Assembly: GCA_963665125.2 (NCBI GenBank)
Contig: CAXXUK010000001.1
Span: forward strand, 2,208,001 to 2,272,000
DNA from: an uncultured Desulfarculus sp.
GTDB taxonomy: Bacteria; Desulfobacterota; Desulfarculia; Desulfarculales; Desulfarculaceae
DNA length: 64,000 nt
Reading direction: 5' to 3'
Shown here: positions 1 through 10,059 of the stretch, in pieces
Position numbering within the stretch: the first letter of the stretch is position 1
Layout of the letters: each line of letters begins with the position of its first letter
Made by a program: the position numbers and the translations under genes
The notes under the pieces: model-generated
What the model saw: only the letters and a program-made list of their open reading frames with translations
Told to the model about the DNA's origin: nothing
The model's database searches: none

Positions 1-341
1 AGGCAGAGGCCAAAAGGAATTACAAAGAGGCCCAAAGGCCCATGGGCATATACAGAATAAAAAACCGGCAAACAGGCGTATCGTACGTTGGTTGCAGCGT
101 TGATCCCCAGGCCAAGCTGAACAGGCACAAGGCGGAGCTGAAGTTCGGCAGTCACCGAAACAAAGACCTGCTCGCCGAGTGGAAAGCCCTTGGCGAATCG
201 GCATTTGAATTCGAGGTTATCGACGAGCTTGAGCAGGACAAGGATTCGAAGAACGACCCCATGGAAGAATTGCAAGTCCTGGCCGGGATGTGGATCGGCA
301 AACTGGAAAAGGCCGGTGACAAGATAGTACCCCTGAAGTAA
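1..341 (+). CDS. GIY-YIG nuclease-like protein (5'-truncated by the window)
   Basis: GIYRIKN...SYVG motif followed by NRH..EL..G.H.N..L..EW; the frame is open from the window start (AEAKRNYKEAQRPMG). Confidence 0.75.
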   Translation, partial: AEAKRNYKEAQRPMGIYRIKNRQTGVSYVGCSVDPQAKLNRHKAELKFGSHRNKDLLAEWKALGESAFEFEVIDELEQDKDSKNDPMEELQVLAGMWIGKLEKAGDKIVPLK

Positions 342-358
342 GGCCCTCACGGAGTTGA

Positions 359-404
359 CGCGGGGAAACCCTTTTTAAGCCAATTCATAAAAGGTTTCCC
401 CGCG
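359..404. terminator. Long inverted repeat, probable bidirectional terminator between convergent genes
   Basis: cgcggggaaacccttttt ... aaaaggtttccccgcg. Confidence 0.65.
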
Positions 405-415
405 AACTTAAACCG

Positions 416-2119
416 CTACGAAGCGTCCCACCCGCCAACGGCCCGCAGATCGTTGACTATATTCTGGGCAAGCTGCTTGAGGTTGAGGTAGTCGGTCTTG
501 GCCACGCGGTTGAGGGGGATGCCCTCGGGCTCGACGATTTCCACGTGGGAAGGCCGGGAATAGGCCGATATATCATCGCAGGCGGCCATAACCTCTTCCG
601 GGGTGATCTGAACGTCGGACCGCGATTTTTCCACAAAGACGATAATGCCCTCTGAGAAGACCTCGTGCTCCACGCCCACGGCGGCGACCATGGTCACCAT
701 ACCCTTGAACTTGCCGGCGATGTGGTTCTCGACGTCTTCGGGGAAGACCTGGTAACCCTTGGGCTTGATCACCATCTTGGAGCGCCCGGCGAAATGCAGG
801 CCCTTTTCGTCGTAATAGCCCAGGTCGCCGGTGTAGAGCACGCCCTCCTTGCTGATGGTCTTGGCCGTGTTTTCCGGGTCGCCCAGATAGCCCAAAAACA
901 CCTGGGGGCCGCTAAAGCAAATCTCGCCAACATCACCGGGGGCCTTCAGCGGCCCGGCCGCGCCGTCGGTCTTCATGGGCTCGCGCACGCTGATGGGGCA
1001 CAGGGGCATGTCAAAGCCGATGCCCTGGGCCAACACCTCGGCGGACGCGCCCATTTCGGTGTAGGTGCAGAAACCGGCGGTCTCGGTGAGGCCCAGGCCG
1101 GTGCCGATGGTGGGGGCCATGGCCTGGAGCTTTTCCAGGAACTCCCGGGGCACGCTCTGGCCGCCGTAGATGGCGAAGCGCAGGCTCGAGAGGTCATAGG
1201 CCTGGTAATCGGGCAGACGCCACTCCAGGTTGAACAGGGCCGGGATCTGGCCCAGACAGGTGACTGCGTGGGCCTGGATGGCCTTGAGGCTCTCCACCGG
1301 GTCGAAGATATGCATGATCACGCAGGTGCCGCCGCCGACAATGGTGGTGTCGAGCTGTTCGGTTACGCAGCCCACATGGGACGGCGGCAGGTTGACCAGC
1401 ATGCGGTCCTTGGGAACCATGTCAAAGCCCACCAGCAGGCCGAAGTTCTGGATCAGGATGTTTTCGTGGCACAACAGCCCCGGCTTGGGCGATCCGGTGG
1501 AGCCGGTGGTGAAGATGATCAGACAGGCGTCGCGCTTGCCCACCTTGGCCCTGGCCTTTTTCACCGCGCCGGTCAAGAGGCTCTTTATGAACACCCACTT
1601 GATGTCCTTGACAAACTCGCCGATGCCCATGGCCCCCTTGATCACCAGTTCGGGCTCCTGCTGGAACTGGACCCAGGTTTTTACATACGGCGAATTAGGC
1701 ATGACTTCCTCGATCATGGGCCGGAAGTCGGCGGCCGGGGTCTTGCCCAGGAAGAAATAGGCCTTGGGTTTGATCTTGTCCAGGCAGTACTGGATCTCGC
1801 TGGTTTTCAGGCGCAGGTCCAGCGGCGCGATGATCAGGCCGATGCGGTGGCAGGCATACATCAGGAACACATGTTCCTTGAGTAGCGGCAGCGAGGTTGC
1901 CACCACGTCACCCTTTTGCAGGCCTATGGACAACAGCTTGGCCGAAAAAGCGCTCACGGCCTTGTTGAAGTCCTTCCAGGTTACCTTTGCTCCGGTGTTG
2001 TGCTCGATGATTGCCGTGGCCTCGCCCTTTTCCTTGGCGTATTTATCAACATAATCGGCCAAGTTGGGTAGCATTTCGGCGTATCTGCGCTGTATTTCGG
2101 CATTTTTCTGCTCATTCAT
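416..2119 (-). CDS. AMP-forming acyl-CoA synthetase (class I adenylate-forming enzyme)
   Basis: IIFTTGSTGSPKP, GLGLTET and YTGDLG motifs; start placed at MNEQK. Confidence 0.9.
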   Translation of the reverse strand: MNEQKNAEIQRRYAEMLPNLADYVDKYAKEKGEATAIIEHNTGAKVTWKDFNKAVSAFSAKLLSIGLQKGDVVATSLPLLKEHVFLMYACHRIGLIIAPLDLRLKTSEIQYCLDKIKPKAYFFLGKTPAADFRPMIEEVMPNSPYVKTWVQFQQEPELVIKGAMGIGEFVKDIKWVFIKSLLTGAVKKARAKVGKRDACLIIFTTGSTGSPKPGLLCHENILIQNFGLLVGFDMVPKDRMLVNLPPSHVGCVTEQLDTTIVGGGTCVIMHIFDPVESLKAIQAHAVTCLGQIPALFNLEWRLPDYQAYDLSSLRFAIYGGQSVPREFLEKLQAMAPTIGTGLGLTETAGFCTYTEMGASAEVLAQGIGFDMPLCPISVREPMKTDGAAGPLKAPGDVGEICFSGPQVFLGYLGDPENTAKTISKEGVLYTGDLGYYDEKGLHFAGRSKMVIKPKGYQVFPEDVENHIAGKFKGMVTMVAAVGVEHEVFSEGIIVFVEKSRSDVQITPEEVMAACDDISAYSRPSHVEIVEPEGIPLNRVAKTDYLNLKQLAQNIVNDLRAVGGWDAS

Positions 2120-2353
2120 TGGCACCCTCACCCATTGGAAACAATAATGCGCCGAAGGCCGTATCCGCCCTCGACAATGCCGGGCCCGGTAATGGGTCCG
2201 TTTTATCAATTGCTGTGCTTAAGTGAACGCCAGAAGTATAGAAAGCGTCAAACCCCGTGTCAAGAAAGGTTGTTTTGACTGCAATCAACCCACAATGATA
2301 TGCTTCTGGCCCAGTGAACAATGTCCCGGCGCGGCCGGACAAAGGAGAGGGGC

Positions 2354-3217
2354 ATGAAAATAGATTCCAGCATGGTCGGCGCGAACATTCGCGGCAGGCA
2401 ACACACCGTGGACTGGCGCCAGACCACCAACTACGCCGCGGCGGTGGGCGACGTCAACCCGCTGTATCTGGACGACACCAGGGATTCAAGCCTCATCGCC
2501 CCGCCCTGTTATGTCACGGCCCTGACCTGGCCCATTTCCGAGACCATGCCCCAGCGCCTGGAAGCCGACATCCGGCCGGAACTGTTCCTGACCCAGGTGC
2601 ATTATTCCGAGACCATCGTGTTCCACAAGCCCATCAAACCGGGCGACGATCTGACCATCAGCGGCAGGGCCCTGGCCGTGTTGCCCCACCGGGCGGGCAC
2701 CCATGTGGTGGCCCGCTACGACGGCGCCGATGGCGCGGGCGAACCGGTTTTCACGGAATACTCCGGCGTGATGCTGCGGGGGGTGAGTTGCACCGACAGC
2801 GGAGCAGGAGCCGCGGAAATGCCCCGGATACCAGCCACGCCGCAACAAACCGGCGACCCGGTTTGGAACAGCAAGCTGCATATCGACCCGCTCATGCCCT
2901 ATGTGTATGACGGCTGCACGGACATAGTCTTCGCCATCCACACCTCGCCCAGGTTTGCCCGGGACGTGGGTCTGCCGGGGATCATCCTGCAAGGCACGGC
3001 AACCCTGGCCCTGGCCGCCCGTGAGATGGTCAACAGGGTGGCCGGGGGCGACGCCGGGCGTCTGAAGCAACTGAGCTGCCGCTTCACGGGCATGGTGCTG
3101 CCGGGCAGCGACATCGAAATCCGCCTGAACGCCCAAAGCGGCGCCGACAACTTTTTCGAGGTGATCAATGATCAGGGCAAGGCCGCGATAAGCCGCGGCC
3201 ACGCCCTTATTGTTTGA
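2354..3217 (+). CDS. Double hot-dog MaoC-type (R)-enoyl-CoA hydratase
   Basis: YAAAVGDVNPLY and IHTSPRFARDVGLPGIILQG; RBS aggagagg. Confidence 0.8.
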   Translation: MKIDSSMVGANIRGRQHTVDWRQTTNYAAAVGDVNPLYLDDTRDSSLIAPPCYVTALTWPISETMPQRLEADIRPELFLTQVHYSETIVFHKPIKPGDDLTISGRALAVLPHRAGTHVVARYDGADGAGEPVFTEYSGVMLRGVSCTDSGAGAAEMPRIPATPQQTGDPVWNSKLHIDPLMPYVYDGCTDIVFAIHTSPRFARDVGLPGIILQGTATLALAAREMVNRVAGGDAGRLKQLSCRFTGMVLPGSDIEIRLNAQSGADNFFEVINDQGKAAISRGHALIV

Positions 3218-5636
3218 CGTATCCGCAGTCCTTTTGCGGGCAGCGGATGGTGGTGCCCTTTTTAGTGGTTTTTTCCACCAGGAAGGGATGGCCGCATTCG
3301 GGGCATTCCTCGTCCAGGGGCTTGTCCCACGAGGCGTATTCGCACTTGGGGAAATTGTCGCACCCGTAGAACGGCTTGCCCCGGCGGGAGCGTTTTTCCA
3401 CCAGATCGCCGCCGCAATCGGGGCATTTGACTCCGGTGGGCAATCCCCTGGAATAGTTGCACTTGGGGTAGTTGGAGCAGGAGATGAACCTGCCGCCGGC
3501 CCTGGTGGGTTTGATCACCAGTTCAGCGCCGCATTTGGGGCACTTTTCGCCCAAGGACTCGGGCTCGGCCTTTTTAACCGGGTTGCCCTCTTCATCCAGG
3601 GCCATGATGTTTTTGCATTTGGGATAGGCGCTGCAGGCCAGGAACGGGCCATAGCGGCCGTTTTTCACCGTCATGGGCGAGCCGCACTTGTCGCAGTCGA
3701 CTCCGGGGTCCGGCGCGGCCTCCACGGGCACGATGTTGCCTTTTTCATCCCTGGTGAAATCACTGGTGGTCTTGCACTCGGGGTAGGATCCACAAGCCAG
3801 AAACTCGCCGTTGCGGCCCAGGCGGATGTTCATGTTGTTGCCGCAATTGGGGCACTTGACATCCGTCTCCACGCCCTTGCCCTTGATCTGGCGCATCTGG
3901 GTGCGGGCCTTTTCCAGTGTCTCGGTGAACGGGCCGTAGAAATCCTTGAGCAGCAAACGCCAATCCTGGCTGCCCTCTTCGACCTTGTCCAGGCTCTGTT
4001 CCAGACCGGCGGTGAACCCCACCTCCATGATCTGGGGGAAGCTCTCCACCAGCAGGTCGCTGACCAGATACCCCAGCTCCGTGGGGTTTAGCCGCTTTTT
4101 CTTGTCCTTGTCCACGTATTTCTTATCTTGCAGGGTGGACAGGATCGAAGCGTAGGTGGACGGGCGTCCGATGCCCTTTTCCTCCAGTTCGCGCACCAGG
4201 CTGGCCTCTGTGAACCGGGGCGGCGGCTGGGTGAAATGCTGCTTGGGCAGAATTTCCTTGAGAGCTACCCGCTGGCCTTCCTCAAGGGGAGGCAGGGCCC
4301 GCTGCTCGCTCTTGCCGTTGGACGCGGTCTCAAAGCCTTCGTCGTTCTTGTCGCCGTTCTGGCCCTCGTCCTTGCCCTCGACGTACACGGCCGTGAAGCC
4401 GGCGAAGCGCATGACCTGGCCGCTGGCCCTGAGAATGGCCTGGCCGGCGGTGATCTCGGCCTGGGTCTGGTCGTAGACGGCAGGGGCCATCTGGCAGGCC
4501 ACGAAGCGGTTCCAGATGAGTTGATACAGCTTGAGTTCGTCGCGCTTTAAAAACGGTTTGAGCCGCTCGGGCGTCAGGGTCACGTTGGTGGGCCGGATGG
4601 CCTCGTGAGCCTCCTGGGCCGTGGCCTTGGACTTGTAGAAAATTGGTTTATCCGGCACATATTCAGGGCCATAGCGTTCGGCGATCAGCATCCGCACGGT
4701 GCCCACGGCCTCGGCGGCCAGGCGGGTGGAGTCGGTTCGCATGTAGGTAATCAGGCCCATCTGGCCTTCGCCGGTCTCCTTACCTTCGTACAGCGCCTGG
4801 GCCAGGCCCATGGTGTATTTGGGCGCGAAACCGCACTTGCGGTAGGCCTCCTGTTGCAGGGTGCTGGTGATGAACGGCGGTGCGGCCGACTGTTTGCGCT
4901 GGCGTTTGACCACACTGGTTACGATGAGGTCCTGGCCTTTGATGGCCGCCACGCCCGCCTCGGCCTGGTCTTGGTTCTTGGGGTCGAACTTCTTGCCGCC
5001 AACCCGGACCAGGCGGCCCTCGAACACCGGCGGCTCGTCGGCCTCCAGCATGGCCGTCACGGTCCAATATTCCTGGGGTTCAAAGGCCTGGATTTCCCTG
5101 GCCCGCTCCACCACCAGGCGCAGAGCAACCGACTGGACCCTGCCCGCGCTGAGGCCGCGCTTGACCTTTTCCCACAACAACGGCGAAATCTGATAGCCCA
5201 CCAGCCGGTCCAGGACCCGGCGGGCCTGTTGGCTGTTGTAGCGGTCAAAATTTATCTTCTCGGGATTGGCCACGGCCTTGGCGATGGCGCCCTTGGTCAG
5301 TTCGTGGAACAACACCCGGTGATAGGCCTCAAGGGGGCGGCCCAGTTGCTGTGCGATGTGCATGGCGATTGCCTCGCCCTCGCGGTCGGGGTCGGGGGCC
5401 AGGTAGATGTCGGCGGCCTTGGCCGCGGCGCTCTTGAGGTCCTTGATTACCTTTTCCTTGCCCTTGATTATGCGATAGTGGGGCCGGAAGTCGTTTTCCA
5501 CGTCCACGCCCAATTCGCTGGGCGGCAGATCCACCACATGGCCCACCGAAGCCTTTACCACAAAATCGGGTCCCAGGTATTTGCCAATGGTCCTTGCCTT
5601 GGCCGGCGATTCAACTATCAGTAGATTCTTGGCCAT
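3207..5636 (-). CDS. topA: DNA topoisomerase I with C-terminal zinc ribbons
   Basis: LIVESPAKA, PDPDREGE, SAGRVQS, LITYMRTDS, repeated CPxC motifs. Confidence 0.98.
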   Translation of the reverse strand: MAKNLLIVESPAKARTIGKYLGPDFVVKASVGHVVDLPPSELGVDVENDFRPHYRIIKGKEKVIKDLKSAAAKAADIYLAPDPDREGEAIAMHIAQQLGRPLEAYHRVLFHELTKGAIAKAVANPEKINFDRYNSQQARRVLDRLVGYQISPLLWEKVKRGLSAGRVQSVALRLVVERAREIQAFEPQEYWTVTAMLEADEPPVFEGRLVRVGGKKFDPKNQDQAEAGVAAIKGQDLIVTSVVKRQRKQSAAPPFITSTLQQEAYRKCGFAPKYTMGLAQALYEGKETGEGQMGLITYMRTDSTRLAAEAVGTVRMLIAERYGPEYVPDKPIFYKSKATAQEAHEAIRPTNVTLTPERLKPFLKRDELKLYQLIWNRFVACQMAPAVYDQTQAEITAGQAILRASGQVMRFAGFTAVYVEGKDEGQNGDKNDEGFETASNGKSEQRALPPLEEGQRVALKEILPKQHFTQPPPRFTEASLVRELEEKGIGRPSTYASILSTLQDKKYVDKDKKKRLNPTELGYLVSDLLVESFPQIMEVGFTAGLEQSLDKVEEGSQDWRLLLKDFYGPFTETLEKARTQMRQIKGKGVETDVKCPNCGNNMNIRLGRNGEFLACGSYPECKTTSDFTRDEKGNIVPVEAAPDPGVDCDKCGSPMTVKNGRYGPFLACSAYPKCKNIMALDEEGNPVKKAEPESLGEKCPKCGAELVIKPTRAGGRFISCSNYPKCNYSRGLPTGVKCPDCGGDLVEKRSRRGKPFYGCDNFPKCEYASWDKPLDEECPECGHPFLVEKTTKKGTTIRCPQKDCGYVKQ

Positions 5637-6742
5637 TATTGAACTAACTCATATCTCTTGCCGGGCAACTCGCGTACCCGTTCATGCAATTCCAAATTCA
5701 TCAAAAAGTGGGCGGTCTCCTGGGGGTTCAGGTTACAGGCCCTTATAATTTCATCTATATGCACCGGTTCCGGCCCGAGCAAGCTTAAAATTTCGCGCTC
5801 CTGGGGCGGCAGGTCCTCAACCGACGCCTCAATTGCGGCCGGACGCATGGGTTTGGGGCTGGACCGCACAGCGCCAGGGGCCAACACATCGACAGCAGAT
5901 TCAACCAGTTGCGCCACATTTCGCCTAATCAGGTCGTTACACCCCGCGCTGCTGGCCGATCCGGCCAGGCCGGGCACCGCGAAAACATCGCGATTTTCGT
6001 CTTGGGCATAGCGGGCCGTTATCAAAGCGCCGCTGCGCATCACGGCCTCAACGACGATAACCGCCTTGCAGAGCCCGGCGATAACCCGATTGCGCACCGG
6101 GAAGTTGGTGGGCACCGGTGACATCCCCAGGGGGAATTCGCTGATCACCGCGCCACGGTCGGCCATCTCGGCGATGAGGCCCCTGTGGCTGAACGGATAA
6201 GCGATGTCCAGGCCGCAGCCCAGCACGCCAACCGTATGCCCGCCTGCCCTAAGGGCGGCCCTGTGAGCCGCTCCGTCGATGCCCATGGCCAGGCCGGAGA
6301 TGACGCTCACCCCGGCACCGGCCAGATCGGCGGCCAGTTCATCGGCCTTGCGCAGGCCGTAGTTGCTGGCCTTGCGCGAGCCCACTATGGCCACGCCGCC
6401 GTTGTGGCAGCCGGACAGGTCGCCGCGCACGTACAACAGCGGCGGCGGGGCAAAGGCATTGGCCAACAGCGGCGGATACTCCGCGTCGCCCATGGCCACG
6501 ATGCGGCCGCCCAGACGCTCCAGGCGCTCCAACTGGCGCTCGGGGTGGTCGAACCAGTCCCGGCGGCTGACGGCCTCGGCCACCTCCCGCTGCATGCGGG
6601 GCAGTTCCATGATCTGCTCAACCGGCGCGCCCAGGGCCGCGCCCGGCGAACCAAAACGCCTGACAAGCTTGGCAAAGGTCACGCTGCCCACGCCTTTTAC
6701 GAGCCGCAAACCCAGCCAATCGAGCAATTCGTTATGATTCAT
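5636..6742 (-). CDS. dprA: DNA-processing protein DprA
   Basis: AIVGSR, SGLAMGID, FPVRNRVIAGL, SGALITA; classic dprA-topA synteny. Confidence 0.97.
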   Translation of the reverse strand: MNHNELLDWLGLRLVKGVGSVTFAKLVRRFGSPGAALGAPVEQIMELPRMQREVAEAVSRRDWFDHPERQLERLERLGGRIVAMGDAEYPPLLANAFAPPPLLYVRGDLSGCHNGGVAIVGSRKASNYGLRKADELAADLAGAGVSVISGLAMGIDGAAHRAALRAGGHTVGVLGCGLDIAYPFSHRGLIAEMADRGAVISEFPLGMSPVPTNFPVRNRVIAGLCKAVIVVEAVMRSGALITARYAQDENRDVFAVPGLAGSASSAGCNDLIRRNVAQLVESAVDVLAPGAVRSSPKPMRPAAIEASVEDLPPQEREILSLLGPEPVHIDEIIRACNLNPQETAHFLMNLELHERVRELPGKRYELVQ

Positions 6743-6890
6743 GCCTAAACCGCCCCTCCCATGGGGATAGGAAGCTAACCACGCAACCCCGCCCCGTCAA
6801 GGAGTTTTTTTGAAACGTTATTTTGACGGCCGTGTCATCCATGGTCTATCTTTATGTAGATAAACACCTTTTTGGTCGAAAGGCTTTTCC

Positions 6891-8375
6891 ATGGTCCGGG
6901 CCGCTAAACTGGCTGCAATCCTGATCTGCATGGCGCTCGTCTGCCCGGCGGCGATGGCCCGGAGCGCGCCCCAGGCACGAATCGCCTTTGTCATCGACGC
7001 ATCCCATGCCATGGGCGAGTCCTGGCTGGGCACCACCCGTCTGGCCGCCTGCCTGGAGGCCGTCACCACGGAACTGAAGTCCCTGCCCCTGCGGGCCAAG
7101 GCCGCCATTTGGCTGGCCACGGCCGACGGACCGGAGCTGTTGGCGGCCCCCGCCGAGGCTGACAAGCTCAACACCGTCCGTATGCACGCCACGGCCAGGG
7201 GTGAACGCCCGCCAATTGCGCCCAACCTTGCCCCGGCCCTGCGCTGGGCCGCGGATGGCCAACCCGGCGCGGTGATCGTGGTCGGCCTGCCCCTGGGCGG
7301 CGATGTGATGCAAGCGCCAGGCGGCGGGCCCTTTGTCCACGGCCTGATCGCCGGGCCCATCACCAACGACCGTGGCATGCAGGCCCCGCTGACCTTGCAG
7401 TCCGGGGGGCGAATGCTCAGCGAAACAGACCCCGCGCGCCTCCAGGCCGCCCTGCACTCCCTGGTCCGCCTGGGACTCAGCCGGGCGTCGCTGTATGCCG
7501 ATGTCCGCGGCGCGGACAACAAACCTTTGAGCGTAGAGCTGTCCATAGCCTCTTCCAACGGCAAGGGCAACGCCCGGCCGGTGATGAGCAACACCACGGC
7601 CCAGGTCCTGCCGAACACATATACTGTCACCTGGCCCACTGACACCGAAATCGGCCCCGGTACGCCGCCGGGCCTGGTGCGGGTGGGCGATGCGGGCCAA
7701 ACCATTTTGCGGGCGGGCGGCCAGGGCAAACTCTTTGTGGAGGCCATAGACGCCACGGGCAAGGCCCTGGCCTGGAAAATAACAATCAGCACCGTGCCCG
7801 CCGGGAAGGTGCTGGCCAATAAAACCGTCCTGCCGTTCGAGGCGGACCTGCCTGCCGGCAGCCTGCTGGTTTCGGTGGCCAAGCCGCCCGTGAGCTGGAG
7901 CGTGGATCTGGCGGCCGGTCAAACCCAACACCTTGTCCTGGGACCCCGGGGCAGTCTGACAGCCAACCTGGCAGGTCCGGGCGGGCCGGTGCGGCTGCCG
8001 GTCACTGCCATTGGCCCCGACGCCTCCACCCGGCAATGGAGGGGGCACACGGGAAGCCCTCTGCCCCTGCCGCCAGGAAGCTACCGGCTGACCATCCAGA
8101 CCATGCCGCCGGTTGAACGCCCCTGCCAGATAGCCCCCGGCGTAGAACAACCCATTGATTTACCAGCGGTTGGCGGCTTGCTCATCGAAACCGTCGGCAC
8201 CGCGACGCCACAACGTTACGACGTCATAGACGACAAGGATCAAAATCTTGGTTACGGCCATACCGGACGCACGCTGTGGCTGCTGCCCGGCCGTTATGTG
8301 GCCGTGCTGCCCGGCGGCAAATCCCTGGCTGCCGAGATCAGCCCCCAACGGTTGACCACCCTGGAAGCCAAGTGA
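6891..8375 (+). CDS. Secreted protein with degenerate vWA-like N-domain and repeated beta-sandwich modules
   Basis: Signal peptide; IAFVIDASHAM (MIDAS-like); recurring L-P-x-G-x-Y-type strands. Confidence 0.55.
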   Translation: MVRAAKLAAILICMALVCPAAMARSAPQARIAFVIDASHAMGESWLGTTRLAACLEAVTTELKSLPLRAKAAIWLATADGPELLAAPAEADKLNTVRMHATARGERPPIAPNLAPALRWAADGQPGAVIVVGLPLGGDVMQAPGGGPFVHGLIAGPITNDRGMQAPLTLQSGGRMLSETDPARLQAALHSLVRLGLSRASLYADVRGADNKPLSVELSIASSNGKGNARPVMSNTTAQVLPNTYTVTWPTDTEIGPGTPPGLVRVGDAGQTILRAGGQGKLFVEAIDATGKALAWKITISTVPAGKVLANKTVLPFEADLPAGSLLVSVAKPPVSWSVDLAAGQTQHLVLGPRGSLTANLAGPGGPVRLPVTAIGPDASTRQWRGHTGSPLPLPPGSYRLTIQTMPPVERPCQIAPGVEQPIDLPAVGGLLIETVGTATPQRYDVIDDKDQNLGYGHTGRTLWLLPGRYVAVLPGGKSLAAEISPQRLTTLEAK

Positions 8376-9526
8376 GCAAAGCCTTGGTCAAACAAAACGA
8401 ACTTGGTCTGTATGTGCACCTGCCCTATTGCCCGGCCCGCTGCCCGTATTGCGATTTTTACGCCGAACGATACCGCCCGGCCCCGGCCCGCAAAGTGATC
8501 CAGGCCATTGGCCAGCACATCACGCTACTGGCGGAGCACGCCCCCGGCAGACGCTTGTCCACCCTGTTCATCGGCGGGGGCACGCCAAGCATGCTGCCCA
8601 TAGCCCTGCTGGCCGATCTCCTGGAAAAAATCGATGCCGTCCTGGGCCTGGAGACAGCCGCCGAGATAACCATGGAGGCCAACCCCGGCACCCTGTCGCT
8701 GGCCAAGCTCCGCCTGATGCGCCGGGCCGGAATCAACCGCCTGAGCATCGGGGCCCAGTCTTTCGACGCGGCCATGCTGAAAAAACTGGGGCGGCTGCAT
8801 TCCCCGGCCGACGTTATCCGTAGCGCGGACCAGGCCCGCCAAGCCGGTTTCGACAACATCAACCTGGACCTGATCTACGGTCTGCCCGGCCAAAGCCTGG
8901 CCATGGCCCTGGACGACCTTGAACAGGCCCTGGATTTGGAGCCGGATCACCTGTCGCTGTACGAGCTGACCCTGGGGTCCCATACTCCCTTTGGGCGCAA
9001 GTACCAACCGGGCCAAGCCCCCCTGCCCTCGGGCGACGCCTTGCTGGCAATGGAAGACGCCCTGCTGGACCGTCTGGAGGCGTCGGACTTGAAGCGCTAC
9101 GAGGTGAGCAACTTCGCCCGGCCCGGACGGCGCTGCCGCCACAACCAGAGCACCTGGCGCGGCGGAGATTATATGGCCCTGGGCCCCGGCGCCCACGGAC
9201 ACCTGGCCGGGACCCGCTGGGCCTTTGTCCCCGATGCCCTGGAATACGCCGATTCCATTTCCCTGAGTCACGAACCCCTGGAGTTCAGGGAAACACTCAC
9301 GCCCGGCCAGCGGGCCCTGGAAATGATCATGCTGGGCCTGCGCACCACCGACGGCGTGGATATGGCCGAGGTTGGCTTTATCCTGGGCCGTGACCCCATG
9401 GCCCATTACGACCGGGCCATAAGGGAGACCCAGCGGCAAGGCTGGGCCTCCATGGGTAATGGACGTCTCGTCCCGACCAGGCGGGGCCTGCGCATGGCCG
9501 ACGCCGCGGCGGCGCTTTTCGCCTGA
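8372..9526 (+). CDS. hemW: Radical SAM heme chaperone HemW
   Basis: LYVHLPYCPARCPYCDF, GGGTPS, EANP, YEVSNFA, HNxxTW (usually HNxxYW); GTG start overlaps the upstream stop. Confidence 0.9.
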   Translation: MSKALVKQNELGLYVHLPYCPARCPYCDFYAERYRPAPARKVIQAIGQHITLLAEHAPGRRLSTLFIGGGTPSMLPIALLADLLEKIDAVLGLETAAEITMEANPGTLSLAKLRLMRRAGINRLSIGAQSFDAAMLKKLGRLHSPADVIRSADQARQAGFDNINLDLIYGLPGQSLAMALDDLEQALDLEPDHLSLYELTLGSHTPFGRKYQPGQAPLPSGDALLAMEDALLDRLEASDLKRYEVSNFARPGRRCRHNQSTWRGGDYMALGPGAHGHLAGTRWAFVPDALEYADSISLSHEPLEFRETLTPGQRALEMIMLGLRTTDGVDMAEVGFILGRDPMAHYDRAIRETQRQGWASMGNGRLVPTRRGLRMADAAAALFA

Positions 9527-9542
9527 TACCGGCTTTGCGATC

Positions 9543-9896
9543 CTAGCCCCCCTTGTTTCGCGGGCCCTCGTCATCCGGGCCCCGCATGGCCGCCATTACG
9601 TCTTCAATGTTGTCCAGGGCGCATTGCAGCTTTTCCAACTCGCCTGGTGCGGCCCTTGCGGAACGCAGCCTCTGCGCCCTGGTCAAACAACGGCGACGCA
9701 CCAACAATGCAACGCCCATCCCCCCAACGAACGCGGCCATCATTAACAGGATCACAACCGCCAACCAGGGCCAGACATCGTATGAAGACGCCGGGCCAGG
9801 CAGAGGGCCGTCGGGCTTGGAAAGCGATTGCATCAGCGGCGCGCATCCTTGCAACGGCGGCAAGGCAATCGATATCGCGGCAACCCAACAACGCAC
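9543..9896 (-). CDS. Small membrane/lipoprotein of unknown function
   Basis: RBS aggagg before GTG; LQGC lipobox-like motif; one TM helix. Confidence 0.5.
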   Translation of the reverse strand: MRCWVAAISIALPPLQGCAPLMQSLSKPDGPLPGPASSYDVWPWLAVVILLMMAAFVGGMGVALLVRRRCLTRAQRLRSARAAPGELEKLQCALDNIEDVMAAMRGPDDEGPRNKGG

Positions 9897-10059
9897 GGCC
9901 CCTCCTGGTCGTTCAATGAGACGACCCTGGATAGAGCAACATGTGTGCCGTATTTTGTGTTTTTTAGTTTTGCTTAGATATCAGGTAGTTGCAGACATTA
10001 TAAGTCTACACGCATTGAGTGTTTACCGTAATTATCAAAGCAGATTACCGAAATATGCC

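Noticed and set aside
1..341. Homing endonuclease or mobile intron
   Set aside because: Short stand-alone GIY-YIG type with no DNA-binding tail or host-gene interruption visible
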